This document shows positions 60,016 to 64,000 of a stretch of 64,000 nucleotides of DNA, piece after piece; the first letter of the stretch is position 1, and the number at the start of each line of letters is the position of its first letter. The notes beneath the pieces are model-generated. The model saw only the letters and a list, made by a program, of their open reading frames with translations. It searched no databases and was not told the DNA's origin. The position numbers and the translations under genes were made by a program. Source of the DNA: Candidatus Bathyarchaeota archaeon (GTDB lineage Archaea; Thermoproteota; Bathyarchaeia; TCS64). The DNA lies in assembly GCA_963771885.1 (NCBI GenBank), contig CAVYVF010000022.1, positions 32,001-96,000 on the forward strand, in the 5' to 3' direction.

Positions 60016-61056
60016 ATGAACACCACAGAACCTCATACTAATGCTGAGGAAACCATCAGGCGCCTCCCGAAGCTGGAGCAGCACATACACATCATCGGCT
60101 CGACCAAACCTGAGACACTCCTTGCGATCATCGAGGACGGGGGCGTCGAGATGCCCTTCAAGACCCTCGAAGAGGTTAAGACATTCTTCCAGTACAGCGA
60201 CTTCAACCACTTCATCAGCGTCTACAGCACAGTTAACGATTGTATAACCGACCCTAAGCACTACGAGAGGATAACATATGAGATGCTCGAATCCGAGGTT
60301 GCCTGCAACGTCAAGCACGTCGAGGCGATCTTTTCCGCCAACGACCACGTACGCAGGGGACTCGACTACGGTGAGATGCTCGACGCGATAAACACTGGGA
60401 TCAGGCGAGCGAAGAGAAAGTGGGGTATCACATGCACAATCAGGGTCGACCTTGTACGCAACTATGGCCCCAAGGTTGCTCTCAAGGAGCTCGACTGGAT
60501 AAAGGAGAAGAATGACAACATCGTCGCCGTCGACATCGGGGGAAGCGAGGACGGCTTCCCACCAGAGCCCTATGAGAAGGTTTACAAGAAGGCGAAGGAC
60601 CTCGGGCTCCACCTCGTCGCCCACGCAGGTGAAGCAGCGGGGCCTGAGAGTGTCTGGGGTGCAATAAAGACACTCGGGGTAGAACGCATCGGTCACGGGG
60701 TCACGGCGGCAACAGACCCAGCCCTCCTCAGCGAGATAAGGGCGAGGGGCATCGCGATCGAGACCTGCCCTGTCAGCAACCTCCGAACCGGGGCTGTGAA
60801 GACAATAAAGGACCACCCCATACGCAAGTTCATCAACAGCTGCATCCCCGTCAGCGTCAACAGCGACGATCCTCCCATGTTCAATACCGACATATACAAT
60901 GAATACCTCCAACTCCACCGCGAGCAGGGCTTCACAATAGACGAACTCATGAGAATAAGCCTCGACTCCATATCTACAAGCTTCCTACCAGACAAGAGAA
61001 AAGAGGAGCTCCACGGGGAGTTCCTGAGCGAATATCGTGAACTGAAGAGAAGCTAG
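60016..61056 (+). CDS. add: adenosine/adenine deaminase
   Basis: LPKLEQHIH, AHAGE, RIGHG, CPVSN, NSDDP. Confidence 0.88.
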   Translation: MNTTEPHTNAEETIRRLPKLEQHIHIIGSTKPETLLAIIEDGGVEMPFKTLEEVKTFFQYSDFNHFISVYSTVNDCITDPKHYERITYEMLESEVACNVKHVEAIFSANDHVRRGLDYGEMLDAINTGIRRAKRKWGITCTIRVDLVRNYGPKVALKELDWIKEKNDNIVAVDIGGSEDGFPPEPYEKVYKKAKDLGLHLVAHAGEAAGPESVWGAIKTLGVERIGHGVTAATDPALLSEIRARGIAIETCPVSNLRTGAVKTIKDHPIRKFINSCIPVSVNSDDPPMFNTDIYNEYLQLHREQGFTIDELMRISLDSISTSFLPDKRKEELHGEFLSEYRELKRS

Positions 61057-61457
61057 AGCTCGAAGTGGAACAGTGAGAAGTCAACGTTGGGCGAGTAGTT
61101 CTGTGTCAGGTCCTCACCTGTCGAGTGTATCGCCTTGACCTGTTCAGCTATGGTGTCGAACACGTTGTCGATGAATATCGGCGGGGGGACGAAGTGGTTA
61201 TAGAGTAAACCAGCAGCGACTATTCCGCCCCCGATCACGTCCGATACCATAAACGGCTCGGGAAACATCACCAACGCAATGCCGAACGAAATGAGGCTGT
61301 TACCCGCGCCGCCGTAACCGTGGTCGTATAACCCGTTTACTTCCTGCAGAGCGCTGTTGAAGCCGCTCAACAGGCTCGCGGACTCGGTGAAAGATCCGCC
61401 GAGCTCCTTAGCAGCCGTTACTACATGATCCGTCTTTGGAGTAATCAAATGAATCAC
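61053..61457 (-). CDS. hypothetical protein with hydrophobic helical hairpin, coupled to vps4
   Basis: SLISFGIALVMFPEPFMVSDVIGGGIVAAGLL; GTG start directly follows the vps4 stop. Confidence 0.6.
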   Translation of the reverse strand: MIHLITPKTDHVVTAAKELGGSFTESASLLSGFNSALQEVNGLYDHGYGGAGNSLISFGIALVMFPEPFMVSDVIGGGIVAAGLLYNHFVPPPIFIDNVFDTIAEQVKAIHSTGEDLTQNYSPNVDFSLFHFEL

Positions 61458-62621
61458 CTAGAGCGCCTTGAACTGGTCGAACCACTTGTCGTACTCCTTC
61501 ATCATCTCCTTGGAGACGCTTGGCTTGCGGTTCGTGATTGCGTGTTTGAAGTCACCCATCGATAAGGGTCTCGGCTTCTTCGTTGTGTTATCGGCCTCGC
61601 CCGACTCGAATAGCTCTCTGATGACCTCCTGGCGGACGACTTGGCAGATGTCCTTGATGTCACTGCCACTGTAGCCGTCCGTCAACTGCGTCAGTGTGTG
61701 GAAGTCCACGTCGCGCGTCATCTCAAGCTGCGCGCTGTTGAGCTCGAACATCTGTAGGCGCGTCGCGTAGTCGGGGAGTGGTATCATGACCCTCTTCTGG
61801 AACCTACGTATGAAGGCCCAATCCAGGTCCCACGGCTTGTTCGTCGCCGCGACGACGTATAGATGGTAGTTCTTGCCTTTGTCCTGGAGGCCGTCCATCT
61901 CCTTGAGGAACTGGTTCCTCATGCGGACCTCGCCTCCGACCTCATTCGTGTGTACGCCGAGGATGCTGTCCACCTCGTCTATGAATATTATTACGGGTTT
62001 GCCGCCCATGGCTGTGCGGCGTGCGCCGCCGAATATCTTAGCGACGTTCTGCTCCGCCGCGCCGAGCCACTTCGACATTATGTTGGCTGGATCAATCTGG
62101 ATGAAGTCGGCGTCGATCTCGTTTGCGACTGCCGCGGCGATGAGCGTCTTACCGCATCCGGGAGGACCGAACAGGAGCAGACCTCTCGACCACCCAAGTG
62201 GGAACAGGTCGGGGCGCTTCACTGGGTAGACTATGACCTCCTTGATCGCCTTCTTCGCGTCCTCGAGGCCGGCAACGTCGCCCCAGGTGATATTCGGTCT
62301 CTCTGAGGGCTCGACGTCATCCTCTTCGACCGATTGCTGTGAGCTGGTCTGCTTCGTCTCGAAGCTCGTGAACTTCTCGACCCCCATGTCCTCGCCGTCC
62401 TCCGACTTGAGTAGGCGGATGCGCTCCTGGTAGGTCGTAACCTTCTCGACGTAGAACTTGTTGAACGTGTAATCGGGGTAGAGCTTTATGAGGCGTGTGA
62501 GCTGCTCGACGGCGCGCTTGTAGGACTCGGTGGCCTTGTCCTTGTCGCCCATCTTGTCGTACTTGACGGCGTCGGCTGCGTACTTCATCGCCTCGTTCTC
62601 AAGCATTGTGGCGACGCTCAT
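61458..62621 (-). CDS. cdvC: Vps4/CdvC MIT-domain AAA+ ATPase
   Basis: N-terminal MIT helices (AVKYD..A..SYKRA), GPPGCGKT, FIDEVD, ATNKPWDLD, RRFQKR, GYSGSDI. Confidence 0.93.
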   Translation of the reverse strand: MSVATMLENEAMKYAADAVKYDKMGDKDKATESYKRAVEQLTRLIKLYPDYTFNKFYVEKVTTYQERIRLLKSEDGEDMGVEKFTSFETKQTSSQQSVEEDDVEPSERPNITWGDVAGLEDAKKAIKEVIVYPVKRPDLFPLGWSRGLLLFGPPGCGKTLIAAAVANEIDADFIQIDPANIMSKWLGAAEQNVAKIFGGARRTAMGGKPVIIFIDEVDSILGVHTNEVGGEVRMRNQFLKEMDGLQDKGKNYHLYVVAATNKPWDLDWAFIRRFQKRVMIPLPDYATRLQMFELNSAQLEMTRDVDFHTLTQLTDGYSGSDIKDICQVVRQEVIRELFESGEADNTTKKPRPLSMGDFKHAITNRKPSVSKEMMKEYDKWFDQFKAL

Positions 62622-63362
62622 GCTACAATCTCCTCCATCTTTAACGGTCCCTTAGCCCTGATCTGGTCGAGCATCTTAACGACGTCGTCGGATAGCATGC
62701 TCCAGTCGTTCATCTGTTCGGATGCCTGCGTTGTTCGAGTGGCGAATGTGGGCTCATAGCCATACGCTATGGCCTCTGCCTGCCTCGATGCGACCTTTGG
62801 CGCGACAGCGATCGGTGGCTCCGGGAAGCTCTCGTGGAGGCTATTCTCCACCATATTGCTGACCTCCTTCAGTATGTCCGCGCTTTCCTGGCTCTTGACG
62901 CTGAACATGCCGTCGAGTGAGGGTTGGCTGAAGTCGATCTTGGTCTGCATCAGCGTATCGCTGGCGACCTCGTTGAGCTGTTCTAGACCCGCGGCGAACT
63001 GGGGCATAACCTTCTGAACGTCCGCGCTGACCTCCCTGACGCACTCCGAGATGGGACGCATCTCCTGAACGACCTGGTAGAGGTCGAGGAAGTTCTCGAT
63101 GTCGGATTGTGATGCAGTCTATGGCGAGTTGGCTCTGCGTGATGATCTGTTTGACGTGACGTACTCTGCTGAGCTCGTTCGCATAGATCTGTGCGCGTGC
63201 AGTATCCTTTTTCTGAACCGCCTTGCCCACCATCTCGAACAAGGTCCTATCTCTCTCCCTGAGCTTCGAGTTGACTTGTTCGAGCCTCATGCTCTGGCGC
63301 TTTAGCTCGTTCACCGACTCGGGGGTGGGAAGGATACTCTGCCGGCGGTTCAGGATTCCCAA
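62618..63362 (-). CDS. cdvB: ESCRT-III / CdvB (frameshift at ~63100)
   Basis: RDRTLFE..ARAQIYANEL..SQLAID Snf7 core, FPEPP MIM2-like motif; stop overlaps the cdvC ATG. Confidence 0.82.
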
Positions 63363-63421
63363 CTTGGCTATTCTCCTTTAACTTTGACTAGAATTGGGCC
63401 TTGTAACGCAGGTGCCATGCG

Positions 63422-63489
63422 CCCCCACCTGGGGGTAGCTGAAAAAAGAGGGAGAGGGGCGTGTATCCATACCTGATTCGCTCCCTCTT
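63422..63489 (-). terminator. hairpin plus U-tract between the two ESCRT-III genes
   Basis: Minus strand AAGAGGGAG...CTCCCTCTT running into a T-tract, then a CCCCCA/TGGGGG hairpin. Confidence 0.5.
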
Positions 63490-64000
63490 ACACTCTGTCG
63501 CCTAGGCCTGTGCCTACCTTGCTCTGGCCGCCGGGCAGCTCGGGGAAGGTGTCCTTCATCCTCGACTCGGCGATGGTCTGGGCCTCGTCCAATATCTTGG
63601 CCGAGTCCTCGTTCACCGACTCGAAGTTGATGGTCATGCCTGTGACTGCGCCTGCGTCTACGACGATGCCGCTGAGGAGGTTACCGATCTCGCCCAACTC
63701 CTTCTCAGCCTGTGGGCTGATCGCTGCCATGCCGCTCTTGATGTCACCGATGACACCGACCACCGGGAGGAGGGTGACTGCTACGTCACCCAGCTCCGTG
63801 ACGGTCTTGAGGCGCAGCGTGATCTGCTCTAGGGCGAGCTTGGCGTGGAAGATCATCTTCTCCATCTTGCGGATCTCGGCGAGCTCATTGGCGAAGACGT
63901 TCGCGCGAGCCGTGTCGTGCTTCGCGTAGGCGTCGACGATCCTGTTGAATATCGTCTTGTCGCGCTCCTGGAAGCGGTTGCTCGCCTGGTCGAGACGCTG
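63488..64000 (-). CDS. ESCRT-III / CdvB1/2-like paralogue (5' truncated by the window)
   Basis: QRLDQASNRFQERDKTIFNRIVDA..ARANVFANELAEIRK..LALEQITLRL..TELGD..ILDEA..FPELP. Confidence 0.9.
   Translation of the reverse strand, partial: QRLDQASNRFQERDKTIFNRIVDAYAKHDTARANVFANELAEIRKMEKMIFHAKLALEQITLRLKTVTELGDVAVTLLPVVGVIGDIKSGMAAISPQAEKELGEIGNLLSGIVVDAGAVTGMTINFESVNEDSAKILDEAQTIAESRMKDTFPELPGGQSKVGTGLGDRV

Noticed and set aside
1..64000. Many long antisense and alternate-frame ORFs in the track (e.g. 8637-9335, 35411-36109, 54471-55130, 59956-60918)
   Set aside because: Shadows of real genes in GC-rich DNA, with no motifs of their own
1..64000. tRNA/rRNA genes, integrases, transposases, defence systems
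   Set aside because: None recognised by eye in the intergenic gaps or ORFs; tRNAscan/Infernal were not run

Overview
GC-rich archaeal chromosomal segment of the TACK superphylum, most consistent with Bathyarchaeia (inference from S30e, GatDE, Nop5/fibrillarin, GPN GTPase, the HMGS-thiolase-DUF35 cluster and ESCRT-III/Vps4). It holds about 70 mostly housekeeping and metabolic genes. I found no tRNA, rRNA, CRISPR array or mobile element. About 13 genes, several of them essential, are broken by frameshifts. Almost all that I could resolve are single +1 insertions, which points to consensus errors rather than pseudogenes. The most notable observations are: (1) a mevalonate-cluster thiolase with both catalytic residues replaced (Cys>Gln, His>Asn) next to an intact HMG-CoA synthase; (2) an ESCRT-III/ESCRT-III/Vps4 cluster with no cdvA in its usual position and a translationally coupled membrane-hairpin protein; (3) a structured 5' leader upstream of a DUF1846 gene; (4) a CBS-HPF fusion (ribosome hibernation factor type); (5) an archaeal luxS in a sulfur/SAM-recycling neighbourhood with palindromic operators; (6) a cluster of small winged-helix proteins beside an AT-rich palindromic element; (7) a Cys/His-rich ORF inserted between nop5 and fibrillarin; (8) a long bactofilin-like beta-helix protein. 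All family calls come from motif recognition by eye; no searches were run.
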